Notes: generated by a model from the letters alone, not told the origin. Positions 31,717-42,637 are shown, numbered from the stretch's first letter. The stretch: 64,000 nucleotides of DNA from Bacillota bacterium (GCA_023436805.1 JAEZHT010000078.1:9766-73765); one strand, 5' to 3'. Numbers and translations: made by a program.

Positions 31717-32418
31717 TTATCGTTTGTTTGAGTTTAAATGAACCACGGAGTAACAGATTAAGGATAGTGCGAGAATGTAGGTGAACCAAACCCCTTGGTT
31801 ATTAATCAAGTCTGGGGTATTCCACCCTTTGATGGCTCTGATGGCAATCAACCAGTCTGAGAAGATAAAGATCCCGTAACCGTAAGCTAAATAACGATAA
31901 ATCGGATTGTCTTTCAATGCTAAGCCAATGGTTAATCCCAACCCCAAGGCAACCGCATATACAATCGCTAATATGGATAATAACATTTCGTCGGGATTGA
32001 AGACGGTGAATATGAATAATAAAACAATCACAGAAAACACGATGATAAATTGCTTTTTGAAGTCCTTTAACTTGGGTTTTCTAAAGGATAAAATACCCAA
32101 TATGAAATTCATGTGACCTACAAAAAACAGTCCCATACCGATGGGTAAGCGATAACCGCTCGGTGTGTCAAAAGCGCGAGATAGCGCCATATCCCCAACC
32201 AAACAAAACAGAATACCAAAAACGAGAAAGATTTTTTGAAGTGGTTTAATGGGTTTATAAAATGTGAGGAAAAAGACATACAAGACGAGAATCATCTGGT
32301 ATACCATACCAGCATTGGTTCTCAATCCGGAGAGGTTCAATAATTGGATCCATGCATACGCAATCACCACCATGAGTGGGGTCAAAAATCGTGCATCATA
32401 CACTTTGTTTTTTAGCAT
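31717..32418 (-). CDS. YhhN/TMEM86 family (lysoplasmalogenase-like) membrane protein
   Basis: GDMAL, GMGLFFVGH, FIFSDWLIA motifs; multiple TM helices; start ATG 32418. Confidence 0.75.
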   Translation of the reverse strand: MLKNKVYDARFLTPLMVVIAYAWIQLLNLSGLRTNAGMVYQMILVLYVFFLTFYKPIKPLQKIFLVFGILFCLVGDMALSRAFDTPSGYRLPIGMGLFFVGHMNFILGILSFRKPKLKDFKKQFIIVFSVIVLLFIFTVFNPDEMLLSILAIVYAVALGLGLTIGLALKDNPIYRYLAYGYGIFIFSDWLIAIRAIKGWNTPDLINNQGVWFTYILALSLICYSVVHLNSNKR

Positions 32419-32602
32419 AAGCAAACCTACTTTCTTGATTCGTTGATTTTATGATAACAAATCCATTTTGATTTTCAAATCAAAGTGATTTGTGAAACGT
32501 CACATAAAAATGATAAAAAAATTCACGCCAGTAATAATTTTGTAAAAGTATTGATAAAGTGGGAATTATTTGTATAATTATATTAAGTCGGAGGTGTGAA
32601 CT

Positions 32603-33154
32603 ATGGTTGATGCACTATATCACGATTACGCTAACTGGGTCATTGAGTCTAGCGATTTAGTCGAAGGGTTGAAAGAACTCAACTCTAACATCTATGAACG
32701 TTTCAAATACGTCGTAGAAGTATTGGAGTTCTTATACAACAAAAAAATTGAAGAAAAAGAATTGTCATCCGAAGAAAGCAATATTTTTGAAACTGGTTTC
32801 TATTATTTATTTGATGCTTTTGAAAATATCAAACTCATATTAGAACATGATTACAACGGCGACGTTGAAATGATGAATAAGCATGCGGGGACAGTCATTC
32901 TATTACTAGATACATTGGACTTTCAAAATGAACTCATTGGTGCGATTGAAGAACCGAATGAACAACATATGCAATCATTGATCGATATTGAACATGAAAT
33001 TTTAGCCATCCTTGAAAAACAAGGGGACGCGCCTAAAGAACTCCATGACAAACTCGATAACGTCACTGAAGGTATTTATAAAGAATTGTCGATGGACTAT
33101 TATCCAATCAACAACATCTTCTTTGATATCGCAGATGAACTCGGATTAATCTAA
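32603..33154 (+). CDS. Hypothetical acidic helical protein
   Basis: RBS GGAGGTG; promoter TTGATA-N16-TATAAT; own terminator. Confidence 0.75.
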   Translation: MVDALYHDYANWVIESSDLVEGLKELNSNIYERFKYVVEVLEFLYNKKIEEKELSSEESNIFETGFYYLFDAFENIKLILEHDYNGDVEMMNKHAGTVILLLDTLDFQNELIGAIEEPNEQHMQSLIDIEHEILAILEKQGDAPKELHDKLDNVTEGIYKELSMDYYPINNIFFDIADELGLI

Positions 33155-33160
33155 ATGAAC

Positions 33161-33193
33161 GAAGGTAGACAACACGGTCTACCTTTTCTTTTT
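33161..33193 (+). terminator. Rho-independent terminator
   Basis: AAGGTAGAC/GTCTACCTT with a T run. Confidence 0.75.
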
Positions 33194-33254
33194 GTAAAAT
33201 GTCATTTTGGGTCTTGAACTTTCCATAAATTTTGATATACTACTAACAGTGAAG

Positions 33255-33341
33255 GTCCTTTAAAAGATGCCTGTGAGCATTTTAAGGTAACGGAATCATT
33301 TTTACCTATACATTTAAAGGACACCAGTGGTGTCTTTTTTT
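33255..33341 (+). promoter_or_regulatory. PyrR-type attenuator (binding loop, antiterminator, terminator)
   Basis: CCTTTAA..ATGC-CTGTGA-GCAT..AAGG with a CNGNGA hexaloop; terminator AAAGGACACC/GGTGTCTTTT with a T run; upstream of a uracil permease. Confidence 0.75.
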
Positions 33342-33374
33342 GTTAAAAGGCCTTTTCAAGAAAAGGAGAACAGT

Positions 33375-34631
33375 ATGGAAGAAAAATTGATTGTCGGGAT
33401 TCAAGAAAGACCATCATCGATCGTGAAGTGGATTGTATTGAGTCTACAACACGTATTCGCAATGTTTGGCGCAACTGTACTCGTACCACTCATCACCGGG
33501 TTAGACATCGGTGTGGCTTTGGTAGCGAGTGGTTTAGGTACCCTCATCTACATTTTATGCACCAAAGGCAAAGTGCCTGTGTATTTAGGTAGTAGCTTTG
33601 CTTATATGACAACCATCACAGCAGTCGCGACTGCATCTGGTTCATTTGACAGCAGTTTTATAGGCTTGATGGTGGTAGGTTTGATTTATGTGGTCGTCGC
33701 ACTCATTATTCGATTTGTGGGTAGCGCATGGTTAAAACATTTATTACCACCTGTGGTTATTGGACCGATGATCATCATCATTGGTTTGGGTTTAGCAGGG
33801 GTTGCAGTGAATAACATCGGCTTAGGTGTAGACGGATTCAACGGTAAAGTTGCTGCAGTGGCACTCATTACATTCATTGCTGTTTCTGCAATGGCGGTTT
33901 ATGGCAAAGGATTCATCAAAATCGTTCCATTCCTATTGGCTATTTTCGTAGGTTATATCGCAGCGATATTCTTCGGTATTGTCGATTTTGAAATTTTTAA
34001 AGAAGTATCCTTTTTCCAAGTGCCAAATTTCCAATTTTTCGGTACATATAATATCAATTTAGACGCGGTATTGGTGTTCGCGCCACTAGCGTTTGTTACA
34101 ATCGCAGAACACATTGGTGACCACGTTGTATTGGGTGAAATTACAGGCAATGACTTCATCAAAGACCCGGGCTTGGATAAAACACTCATGGGTGACGGTA
34201 TCGCAACCCTAGTTGCTGGCGCGATTGGTGGTCCTGCAAACACCACATATGGTGAAAATACAGGCGTAGTAGCCATTACTAAAGTGGGATCAGTGTATGT
34301 CACTGGTTTAGCGGCGATATTCGCGATATTACTCGGATTCTTCGGGTACATTCAAGCGTTCATTTCAAGTATTCCATGGGCAGTCATTGGTGGTATGACC
34401 GTCGTATTGTATGGTTTAATCGCAGCCAATGGTGTTAAGGTCTTGATTAAAGATAAAACAGATTTGGGTAACATGAAGAACCTCATCATCGTATCCACCA
34501 TGTTGGTCTTAGGTTTGGGTGGTGCAGCCATTCAAATTACAGCCACAGCGGCATTGACAGGCATGAGCTTGGCAGCAGTTGTCGGTATCATTTTGAACCT
34601 TGTATTCAACGGATTCAGTTCAAGAGCATAA
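33375..34631 (+). CDS. uraA: Uracil permease (NCS2 family)
   Basis: LQHVFAMFGATVLVP, YLGSSFA, EHIGD, NTTYGEN; start ATG 33375 after AAGGAG. Confidence 0.93.
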   Translation: MEEKLIVGIQERPSSIVKWIVLSLQHVFAMFGATVLVPLITGLDIGVALVASGLGTLIYILCTKGKVPVYLGSSFAYMTTITAVATASGSFDSSFIGLMVVGLIYVVVALIIRFVGSAWLKHLLPPVVIGPMIIIIGLGLAGVAVNNIGLGVDGFNGKVAAVALITFIAVSAMAVYGKGFIKIVPFLLAIFVGYIAAIFFGIVDFEIFKEVSFFQVPNFQFFGTYNINLDAVLVFAPLAFVTIAEHIGDHVVLGEITGNDFIKDPGLDKTLMGDGIATLVAGAIGGPANTTYGENTGVVAITKVGSVYVTGLAAIFAILLGFFGYIQAFISSIPWAVIGGMTVVLYGLIAANGVKVLIKDKTDLGNMKNLIIVSTMLVLGLGGAAIQITATAALTGMSLAAVVGIILNLVFNGFSSRA

Positions 34632-34646
34632 ATAACAGAAGATAAG

Positions 34647-34679
34647 AAAAGCCCTTAGACATCACATCTAAGGGCTTTT
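34647..34679. terminator. Bidirectional terminator between uraA and lysS
   Basis: 13-bp stem AAAAGCCCTTAGA/TCTAAGGGCTTTT. Confidence 0.85.
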
Positions 34680-34687
34680 AGTCGTTA

Positions 34688-36175
34688 TCAAGGTTTGTGT
34701 TTCATATGTGGGAATAGAATGACATCTCGGATATTATTCACGTTACAAATGAGCATGATAAATCTGTCGATACCAATCCCTAAACCACCTGCTGGAGGCA
34801 TCCCGTATTCAAGGGATTCTACGAAGTCGATGTCCATTTCGGTCGCTTCATCGTTACCCAATTCTTTTTCTTTCAATTGGTCTTCAAAACGGCCTCTTTG
34901 ATCCACAGGGTCATTGAGCTCAGAGAACGCGTTCGCGTATTCTCTACCATCTATGAACAATTCAAAACGGTCAGTAAATCTTGGGTTTTGAGCATTCTTT
35001 TTCGCTAATGGTGAAACTTCAATTGGGTGTCCATAAACAAAAGTTGGTTGTGTGATGGTGTCTTCAACGAACTCATCAAAGAACGATTGAATGATGTGTC
35101 CAACGCCATAATGCTTTTCAACTTTGATGTGTTTTTCTTTAGCAACCTTTGTCGCGGTTTCTAAATCATCGATTTCGAAGAAGTCAACACCTGTGACTTG
35201 TTTGATGGCTTCAACCATATGAACTCTCGCCCACTTTGGTGCCATGTTGATTTGTTTTTCACCGTAAGTGATGTCGTATTTACCTAAGATGTTATAAACC
35301 ACAGTAGACATCGCGTCTTCCACCAAATCCATCATGCCTTCCATATCAGAGTAAGCTAAATACGCTTCAATGGTGGTGAATTCAGGGTTGTGTTTCGCAT
35401 CCATGCCTTCATTACGGAACAAACGTCCGATTTCATAGACCGCTTCTAAGCCACCCACGATCAAACGTTTTAATGGTAACTCAGTAGCGATACGAAGATA
35501 AAATGGCATGTCTAAGGTATTGTGGTGTGTGACGAATGGTCTAGCAGCAGCACCACCTAAAATTGGGTGAAGTACTGGGGTTTCGACTTCGATGAAACCA
35601 CGACCATCAAAGAATTTTTGAATTTCACGGATGATTCTAGGTCTAAGCATCGCGATTCTTCTGGATTCTTCATTGACGATTAAATCCACATAACGTCTAC
35701 GACGGGATTCTTCCACGTCTTGTAAACCGTGGAACTTGTCAGGTAGTGGGCGTAATGCTTTGGTTAAATGGGTATATTCACTCGCTTTGACGGTGAGTTC
35801 ATTGGTTTTAGTTCTAAAAACATGACCTTTGATACCGACGATATCACCTAGGTCACCGCTTAAAAATACTTCAAAAGCGTCATCGCCAATCGCGTCTTTT
35901 CTGACATAGACTTGGATGTTGGAATCTCTATCTTGAAGTTGTAAGAAACCAGCTTTACCTTGGTCTCTTTTACGAATGATACGGCCTGCGATGATGACTT
36001 CAACATTCATTTGTTCAAGTTCATCGTGTGTGTATTGTTCATATTGATTTCTAATCGCTTGGGTTGTGGTTGTTCGGTCAAATCTTGAACCAAATGGATC
36101 GACACCTTTTGCTCTTAATTCTTCCATTTTTTGACGTCTTATACGTTCTTGTTCGGTTAATTCAGTATAATCCAT
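34688..36175 (-). CDS. lysS: Lysine--tRNA ligase (class II)
   Basis: GGAAARPF, YLRIATEL, FRNEG..HNPEFT, YGMPPAGGLGIGIDR; start ATG 36175 after AGGAGGT. Confidence 0.98.
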   Translation of the reverse strand: MDYTELTEQERIRRQKMEELRAKGVDPFGSRFDRTTTTQAIRNQYEQYTHDELEQMNVEVIIAGRIIRKRDQGKAGFLQLQDRDSNIQVYVRKDAIGDDAFEVFLSGDLGDIVGIKGHVFRTKTNELTVKASEYTHLTKALRPLPDKFHGLQDVEESRRRRYVDLIVNEESRRIAMLRPRIIREIQKFFDGRGFIEVETPVLHPILGGAAARPFVTHHNTLDMPFYLRIATELPLKRLIVGGLEAVYEIGRLFRNEGMDAKHNPEFTTIEAYLAYSDMEGMMDLVEDAMSTVVYNILGKYDITYGEKQINMAPKWARVHMVEAIKQVTGVDFFEIDDLETATKVAKEKHIKVEKHYGVGHIIQSFFDEFVEDTITQPTFVYGHPIEVSPLAKKNAQNPRFTDRFELFIDGREYANAFSELNDPVDQRGRFEDQLKEKELGNDEATEMDIDFVESLEYGMPPAGGLGIGIDRFIMLICNVNNIRDVILFPHMKHKP

Positions 36176-36240
36176 GTGGTTACCTCCTAAAAATAGCATA
36201 TTCATTATACATGATACCCAATAAAAAAGCCATAACTACG

Positions 36241-36495
36241 TTACGACTTTTTTGTTTCACTGATGAGTTCAAACATGACATCTTCCGACTTGGGTTTCGG
36301 GATATCGATGGAAACCACTTTAACGGTCAATATTTTAAGTCCAAAATGGAGGGTTAAAACATCCCCAGGTTTCACAGTAGAAGCTGGCTTAGCGACTTTA
36401 TCATTGATCATGATTAAGTCAGCCAATGCAGCGTCTTTCGCTACCGTTCTACGTTTGATTAAGCGTGATACTTTTAAATACTTATCGAGTCTCAT
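36241..36495 (-). CDS. S4-domain RNA-binding protein (YabO/RqcP-like)
   Basis: [20 protein letters not shown]. Confidence 0.92.
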   Translation of the reverse strand: MRLDKYLKVSRLIKRRTVAKDAALADLIMINDKVAKPASTVKPGDVLTLHFGLKILTVKVVSIDIPKPKSEDVMFELISETKKS

Positions 36496-38446
36496 TGGAT
36501 TTTTCCAACGGATTTTCATCCTTTTGGTCGAGTGGATTTAAAGAGGCTGCAGGTTCATCTTTTCTGAGCTTTCTTTCTTCCCACCAACCGAGTTTACCTG
36601 TACTTACAATTTCATCGATGTCTTGTTTATTCAAGGTTTCAACTTCAAGTAAGTAATGGGTGATGGTATCGAGTAAATCACGGTGTTCAATGATGATACG
36701 TTTAGCTTCTTCATAACAACCGGTGATGATTTCTCTGACTTCTTTATCGATTTCTAGGGCGACTTGGTCAGAGAAGTTACGTTCTTTCAAGTAATCTCTA
36801 CCGAGGAATACAGAGCCTTGTTGAGACTCATATTGGATTGGACCTAAGTTGGACATACCATACTCAGTGACCATTGCTCTCGCAATCTTGGTGGCTGTTT
36901 GGAAATCTTGATAAGCCCCAGTGGTAACATCGCCAAAGACGAGTTCTTCAGCCACACGACCACCTAAGTTACCTGTAATTTCTTCCAGTAGGGCTTTCTT
37001 CGTACGAAGGTAACCTTCCTCTCTAGGTAACATGAGGTTGTAGCCACCAGCACGCCCTCTGGCGATGATGGTCACTTTTTGAACGATGCTTGCGTTTTCT
37101 AGTTTAATACCAATGACAGCGTGACCCGCTTCATGGTAAGAAATGATCTTTCTTTCTTTTTCGGTGACTTTACGAGATTTCTTCGCTGGCCCCATTAAGA
37201 CGCGGTCAACCGCCTCATCGATGTCAGACAATTCAATCATCTTTCGATTGGCTCTGGCAGCGAGTAAAGCAGCTTCATTCAATAGGTTTTCAATGTCAGC
37301 CCCAGAGAATCCAGGGATGCGGTGGGACACATCTTCAAACTTCACGTCTGGAGAAATCTTTTTGTTTCTAGCGTGGACTTTAAGGATGGCTTCTCTACCG
37401 ATGACATCTGGTAAGTTGATGGTAATTTGTCTGTCGAAACGACCTGGTCTTAATAAAGCTGGGTCTAAGACATCTGGACGGTTGGTTGCTGCCATGATGA
37501 TGATGCCGGCATTTGGATTGAATCCATCCATTTCAACGAGTAGTTGGTTTAGGGTTTGTTCACGTTCATCGTGACCGCCACCCATACCAGCACCTCTTTG
37601 TCTACCTACCGCATCAATTTCATCGATGAATATGATACAAGGGGCACTTTCTTTCGCAACTCTGAATAAGTCTCTGACACGAGACGCACCGACACCGACG
37701 AACATTTCAACGAAGTCAGAACCGGAAATGGAGAAGAATGGTACGCTTGCTTCACCCGCAACGGCTTTCGCTAAGAGTGTTTTACCGGTACCAGGTGAAC
37801 CCACAAGGAGGATACCTTTAGGGATACGTGCACCCATTTCTTTATATTTTCTTGGGAACTTCAAGAAGTCGATGACTTCAACCAACTCGGTTTTTTCTTC
37901 GTCACAACCAGCGACATCTTTAAATGTGACGGTTTTGGAATTGGATAAACGTGCACGAGATTTGGAGAATTCAAAGGCTTTGTTGTTACCGCCACCACTC
38001 ATGGTGCGGTATAAGAAGATGATGATTGCGATGACAAATACCAATGGGATAATCACATTGAACAATACCGTCCAAATCGTGATGGTGGATTTTTCCACGT
38101 AATCGAGCGTGATGTTATCGGTCTCATCAATTTTTAAAAGGATATCATTTAAAGCGGGCATGAATATTTCAAATACATATTTCGGACCTTCTGCATCCAC
38201 GATGGTGACGCGGTATACATTGTTTTCCTCACCACCAATTGGTGTGTATTTGATGGTCATACCTGCAAAATCACCCGCATCTAGTTTGGTTTCAAACTCG
38301 GTTGGAGTGAGCGTTTCAGGCGTATTTGGCTTAAATAAGTTTTGGATGAAGAAGAACGTACCAAAAAGAACGATGAGGGCGATGATATAAATCCCATAGT
38401 TCATTGGGGCTTTCTTCATATTGTTTGGTGTTTTAGGATCTTGCAT
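36482..38446 (-). CDS. ftsH: ATP-dependent zinc metalloprotease FtsH
   Basis: Two TM helices, [42 protein letters not shown]. Confidence 0.98.
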   Translation of the reverse strand: MQDPKTPNNMKKAPMNYGIYIIALIVLFGTFFFIQNLFKPNTPETLTPTEFETKLDAGDFAGMTIKYTPIGGEENNVYRVTIVDAEGPKYVFEIFMPALNDILLKIDETDNITLDYVEKSTITIWTVLFNVIIPLVFVIAIIIFLYRTMSGGGNNKAFEFSKSRARLSNSKTVTFKDVAGCDEEKTELVEVIDFLKFPRKYKEMGARIPKGILLVGSPGTGKTLLAKAVAGEASVPFFSISGSDFVEMFVGVGASRVRDLFRVAKESAPCIIFIDEIDAVGRQRGAGMGGGHDEREQTLNQLLVEMDGFNPNAGIIIMAATNRPDVLDPALLRPGRFDRQITINLPDVIGREAILKVHARNKKISPDVKFEDVSHRIPGFSGADIENLLNEAALLAARANRKMIELSDIDEAVDRVLMGPAKKSRKVTEKERKIISYHEAGHAVIGIKLENASIVQKVTIIARGRAGGYNLMLPREEGYLRTKKALLEEITGNLGGRVAEELVFGDVTTGAYQDFQTATKIARAMVTEYGMSNLGPIQYESQQGSVFLGRDYLKERNFSDQVALEIDKEVREIITGCYEEAKRIIIEHRDLLDTITHYLLEVETLNKQDIDEIVSTGKLGWWEERKLRKDEPAASLNPLDQKDENPLEKSNETR

Positions 38447-38458
38447 GAAAATGCCTCA

Positions 38459-39010
38459 CTATTTCTTATATATTTCTGGTTTTAATACCCCAACAAATGG
38501 GATGTTACGGTACAATTCGTTGTAATCTAAACCATAACCCACAACGAATTCTTTAGGTACGATGGTACCCACATACTTAGGTGTAAATGGAATCACACGC
38601 CCCGCAGGTTTATCGAGTAAAGTGACGACCTCCACCGATCTCGCCCCGCGGTGTCTAAGCAACTTAACGATGGTATCGAGGGTTTTACCTGTGTCGACAA
38701 TGTCTTCAGCAATCAAGATGTCGCGGTCCATCACAGAGGTGTTCATGTCTTTACGGATTTTGACGTCTCCTGAAGATGTGATGTTTCCATGGTAACTTGA
38801 CACGTCCATGTATTCAATCTCAATTGGTAAATCGATGTGTTTCGATAAATCAGACATGAAAGGGACACAACCTTTTAATAGGCCCAACAAGATGGGTCTA
38901 TCTTTCCCTTGGTAATCTGCTGTGATTTGTTTGCCTAGTCTTTGACAAATGGCTTCAATTTCGGCTTGGCTAACCAATACTCTCTCAATGTCATTGTAAA
39001 TACTCATCAT
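38459..39010 (-). CDS. hpt: Hypoxanthine phosphoribosyltransferase
   Basis: LLKG, EDIVDTGKT, FVVGYGLDY; tilS-hpt-ftsH order. Confidence 0.96.
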   Translation of the reverse strand: MMSIYNDIERVLVSQAEIEAICQRLGKQITADYQGKDRPILLGLLKGCVPFMSDLSKHIDLPIEIEYMDVSSYHGNITSSGDVKIRKDMNTSVMDRDILIAEDIVDTGKTLDTIVKLLRHRGARSVEVVTLLDKPAGRVIPFTPKYVGTIVPKEFVVGYGLDYNELYRNIPFVGVLKPEIYKK

Positions 39011-40290
39011 TAATACCCCCTCTTGTATCGTAGCTTGATGATGCTTTCTAAATCTGGTGATGTGTTGTAATAACGACCCAATACGGACAAAATGCGTCCG
39101 GTTTGATCGGCGATGATGATGTCACGATTTCGGATATCCATAGGAATCTTATGGTCAATATAATAATCCTTAAGCTTCTTTTTACCATAATCAAATTCGA
39201 GCACATCGCCGGGTTGTCGGCTTCTCGCTACCAAAGGTAACGCTAATTTATTATAACATAGTTTTATTTCATAAAAAGATGAATTGCTAGGGGCGTCCAA
39301 AAATGTGACGAAGCCCATAGTTTCTAAGACGTTAAAAGCATTCAAATCGAGGACGTGATGAAAAGGCTTGGTGGTAACCGACTGAATGATATCAACTTTT
39401 TGGTAAATACGCTTTAAAATCAAGGATTCAGACAGTTGATAGGACTGATTGGGACCACTGGTGTTTAAAAAAGTTAAAATGCTTTCGATTTTCAACTGAT
39501 TAAATTCGACTTTATGGGATTCCAAAAGACAAGCTAGAATATCTTTTTGAATCACGACATCTTCTAAAAAGAATGTCGATAATTGAATTCTGTTTTGATT
39601 GGCATTTAAGTAGTTTTTGGATTGTTTACGGATATAGGAAAAGGCTTCATAGAGGTGATTGCTGTATTGTACAACCTTATCCAAGAACTGCGGGTTTTCT
39701 TCAATGAGTTCAGGCACGATGTTTTTTCGATAACGATTTCTGGTATACAAATTATCCTGGTTCGAAGCGTCTTCAAAAAATCGAATTTGATGGTTTTTAG
39801 CGTAGTCGTAAAGAGATGCCTTTGAAATACTTAATAAGGGTTTAATATAAATGAAATTCCCTTGTTTAGAGACCGTTTGTAAGCCGGCATAACCCAATAA
39901 ATTGGATCCTCTAGATAATTTCATCAATACCGTTTCTGCCAAGTCATTGGCGTGGTGGGCGGTTAAAATATAAGGTGTTTTATGTGTACAAGCCACACGT
40001 TCCAAGTGGTGTTTACGTTGCTTATGGGCTTCATCATGGAAGTTGCCTTCATCGATATTGAGTAGAACATACTCAAAAATCAGTCCATATTTTTCACAAT
40101 AAGACTGTAAGTAATCGGCTTCAATCCAGGAGGCTTCACGCTTTTGGTGGTTGAAGTGAACCACAACCAACGGGTGTGATAAAGACCTCACCAAATCGAG
40201 TAGTACCATCGAATCCACACCAGTGGATACCGAGACCACCCAAGGATGATCAAAGAACGGATTCAGTTTTTCTTTGACGATGTTTAACAT
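39010..40290 (-). CDS. tilS: tRNA(Ile)-lysidine synthase
   Basis: STGVDS, HFNH, TAHHAND, DASN..YTRNRYR. Confidence 0.93.
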   Translation of the reverse strand: MLNIVKEKLNPFFDHPWVVSVSTGVDSMVLLDLVRSLSHPLVVVHFNHQKREASWIEADYLQSYCEKYGLIFEYVLLNIDEGNFHDEAHKQRKHHLERVACTHKTPYILTAHHANDLAETVLMKLSRGSNLLGYAGLQTVSKQGNFIYIKPLLSISKASLYDYAKNHQIRFFEDASNQDNLYTRNRYRKNIVPELIEENPQFLDKVVQYSNHLYEAFSYIRKQSKNYLNANQNRIQLSTFFLEDVVIQKDILACLLESHKVEFNQLKIESILTFLNTSGPNQSYQLSESLILKRIYQKVDIIQSVTTKPFHHVLDLNAFNVLETMGFVTFLDAPSNSSFYEIKLCYNKLALPLVARSRQPGDVLEFDYGKKKLKDYYIDHKIPMDIRNRDIIIADQTGRILSVLGRYYNTSPDLESIIKLRYKRGY

Positions 40291-40393
40291 AGAACCCCTC
40301 TTTTCAACTCATTATTATATCATAGAGGTTAGATTAATTTTTCAGTTTGTGGATTTTGAATTTGTGCTATAATGAATTAATTGGAGGGACTAT

Positions 40394-40954
40394 ATGTATA
40401 TATTAGCCAGCAATTCACCGAGACGAAAGAAATTACTCGAAGACGCCGGTGTCGAATTCGAAACTTTCGCACTCAATGTGGATGAAACCGTCAATGAAAA
40501 AATGAAACCAGAAAAACTGGTGATGATACTCGCCAAACGAAAAGCGTTGGCCGTTTTGGAACACAAACCAAACGATATCATCATCGCAGCCGATACCATT
40601 GTTGTAAAAGACGGTGAAGTCTTGGGCAAACCAAAAGATGAAGCCGATGCCTATCGAATGCTCAAATTACTTGATGATGATAAGCATGAAGTTTACACAG
40701 GGGTATGCATTTTAAGTAGCCAAAAAGAAGTTCTTTTCTTTACCATGGCTGAAGTATGGATGAAAAATTATAACGACTTACAAATTTATGATTACATCAA
40801 AACAGGTGAACCGATGGATAAAGCCGGTTCGTACGCGATTCAAGGGTTAGGTGAACAATTTGTTGACCATTACACCGGCGACTTTTTCACGATTGTCGGC
40901 TTACCACTCAAACCATTACTTCAAGAACTTAAAAAATTTGAAGAGGCCGAATAG
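40394..40954 (+). CDS. maf: Maf family nucleoside triphosphate pyrophosphatase
   Basis: ILASNSPRR, AADTIV, GKP, DKAGSYAIQG, VGLP. Confidence 0.94.
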   Translation: MYILASNSPRRKKLLEDAGVEFETFALNVDETVNEKMKPEKLVMILAKRKALAVLEHKPNDIIIAADTIVVKDGEVLGKPKDEADAYRMLKLLDDDKHEVYTGVCILSSQKEVLFFTMAEVWMKNYNDLQIYDYIKTGEPMDKAGSYAIQGLGEQFVDHYTGDFFTIVGLPLKPLLQELKKFEEAE

Positions 40955-40968
40955 GCTTCTTTTTTTTT
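40941..40968 (+). terminator. Terminator overlapping the maf stop
   Basis: AGAGGCC/GGCTTCT with T9. Confidence 0.6.
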
Positions 40969-40987
40969 CAAAAACGCCACCCCATAA

Positions 40988-42637
40988 TTATGGCGTGGCG
41001 TTGTATATGACTGGTACATTGTCGGGATTGTATGATGGATCCCATGTGGCAGGTATCGCTGCATGTGCGGTATAAATCGTTAAGGTTGGATTATCTAAAA
41101 ACACGTTCATGGCGACATTGTTTACACTGTTTGGGATATAGATGTATTCTAATCCCGTGCTCATAAATGCCCCAAATTGAATGGTGTTTAACCCTTCGGG
41201 TAAAACCAACGTATCCAAAGCATCGGTACCGTAGAAGGAGAATCCGTTGATGGATCTCATTTCAGACCCTGAAACGAATACCACTTGTTTGAGTTTCTCT
41301 GCATTCAAGAATGCACGGCTATGAATCACTTCGACATGGACCCCAATGGTTATTTTTGTGATAAATGAGTTCATGAACGCACTTGACATGATACGTGTCA
41401 CAGGCAACCCTTCAATATTGTCAGGAATGGTAACATCATAGGTCACCGGTGTCGGAATGTATTCATATATGTAGACTTCTGTTGGAAACTTTATGTAAGA
41501 ATACTGTGCTGTTTCACCGTAGGTTGCAAGATAGAAGACATTACCGATGACGAAATTCAAAGCGTTTGTTTTATTGATGGAATTCTCTTCGAATGCGAGA
41601 AATATGTTTTGGATATAGAACTTTTCAAAAGCATCCTCACCAATATAGGTTACAGAGTTCGGTATGAACGCAGACTTGATATCTTTGGTATAAAACGCTT
41701 CTTCATATATCGCAGTAACCCCTTGAGGGATGTGCAAGTTACCTTTCAATCGTGTTTGTTTAAAGGCCATTTTACCAATCGTTCTCAATTGGGATTGTGG
41801 TGTAAATGTGATTTGTTCAATGCGTGACCCCATGAATGCCCGGTCTTCAATGACAACGACACTATCCGGTAAGGTATATTTTCTCTCCAAGTGATTCGAT
41901 GGGTAATGAATTAAACGAACCCCATCTTTACTCAATAAGACGCCATTAATGTCTTGATAGTTTTGGTTATTGTCATCGACAACGATACGATTCAATAAAC
42001 GGGTGAAACCAAAAGCATCCTTACCAATCTTTGTTACTGTTTCAGGAATGGTGATGAATGACATTTTGAAAGCGGCATAGAAAGCGAAATCGTCGATGGT
42101 AGTAACGCCATCAGGGAGCTCTATAAAATTCAACATCACATTGTTATAAAAAGCGTATTTACCAATCGTTTTCAATTGTGATGCGGGTTTAAATATAACT
42201 TCTTCAAGGGTACTGTGCGTAAATGCATAATCACCAAATGAAACCACAGTAGATGGGATTTCGATTTCAATCAGTTGTGTATAAGCGAAAGCATAGCTAT
42301 GAATGATTCTTAATTTGGCGTTGTCTGGGAATGTGATTTCATTCAATTTGGCCGCGTAAAAGGCACCGGATTCGATGACTTCAATAGAAGCCGGTACGTT
42401 GACTTTTTCTACTTTAGCGAGTCTGAAAGCATCTTTACGGATGCCATACACTGGGGCGTTCTCATATTTCGCTGGTAGGGTTATATTTTTCGGTATCTTC
42501 CCGACATAACCGGTAATGTATACCTGCTCATTCACCGTTTCAAATGTAAACTCAAACTCGGTTTGTGAGGTAGGTATCGCTTGACAGCCTGTAAGGAAGA
42601 AGATGAACAAGAACCACCATAGTTGGGTCTTTTTCAT
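40988..42637 (-). CDS. BspA-type leucine-rich repeat (LRR_5) lipoprotein
   Basis: Lipobox LTGC; many IxxPxxVxxIxxxAF repeats; start ATG 42637. Confidence 0.9.
   Translation of the reverse strand: MKKTQLWWFLFIFFLTGCQAIPTSQTEFEFTFETVNEQVYITGYVGKIPKNITLPAKYENAPVYGIRKDAFRLAKVEKVNVPASIEVIESGAFYAAKLNEITFPDNAKLRIIHSYAFAYTQLIEIEIPSTVVSFGDYAFTHSTLEEVIFKPASQLKTIGKYAFYNNVMLNFIELPDGVTTIDDFAFYAAFKMSFITIPETVTKIGKDAFGFTRLLNRIVVDDNNQNYQDINGVLLSKDGVRLIHYPSNHLERKYTLPDSVVVIEDRAFMGSRIEQITFTPQSQLRTIGKMAFKQTRLKGNLHIPQGVTAIYEEAFYTKDIKSAFIPNSVTYIGEDAFEKFYIQNIFLAFEENSINKTNALNFVIGNVFYLATYGETAQYSYIKFPTEVYIYEYIPTPVTYDVTIPDNIEGLPVTRIMSSAFMNSFITKITIGVHVEVIHSRAFLNAEKLKQVVFVSGSEMRSINGFSFYGTDALDTLVLPEGLNTIQFGAFMSTGLEYIYIPNSVNNVAMNVFLDNPTLTIYTAHAAIPATWDPSYNPDNVPVIYNATP

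Noticed and set aside
36176..36240. T-box or lysine riboswitch upstream of lysS
   Set aside because: Only 65 nt, containing a -10 box (36205-36210) and the RBS; no room for either element.
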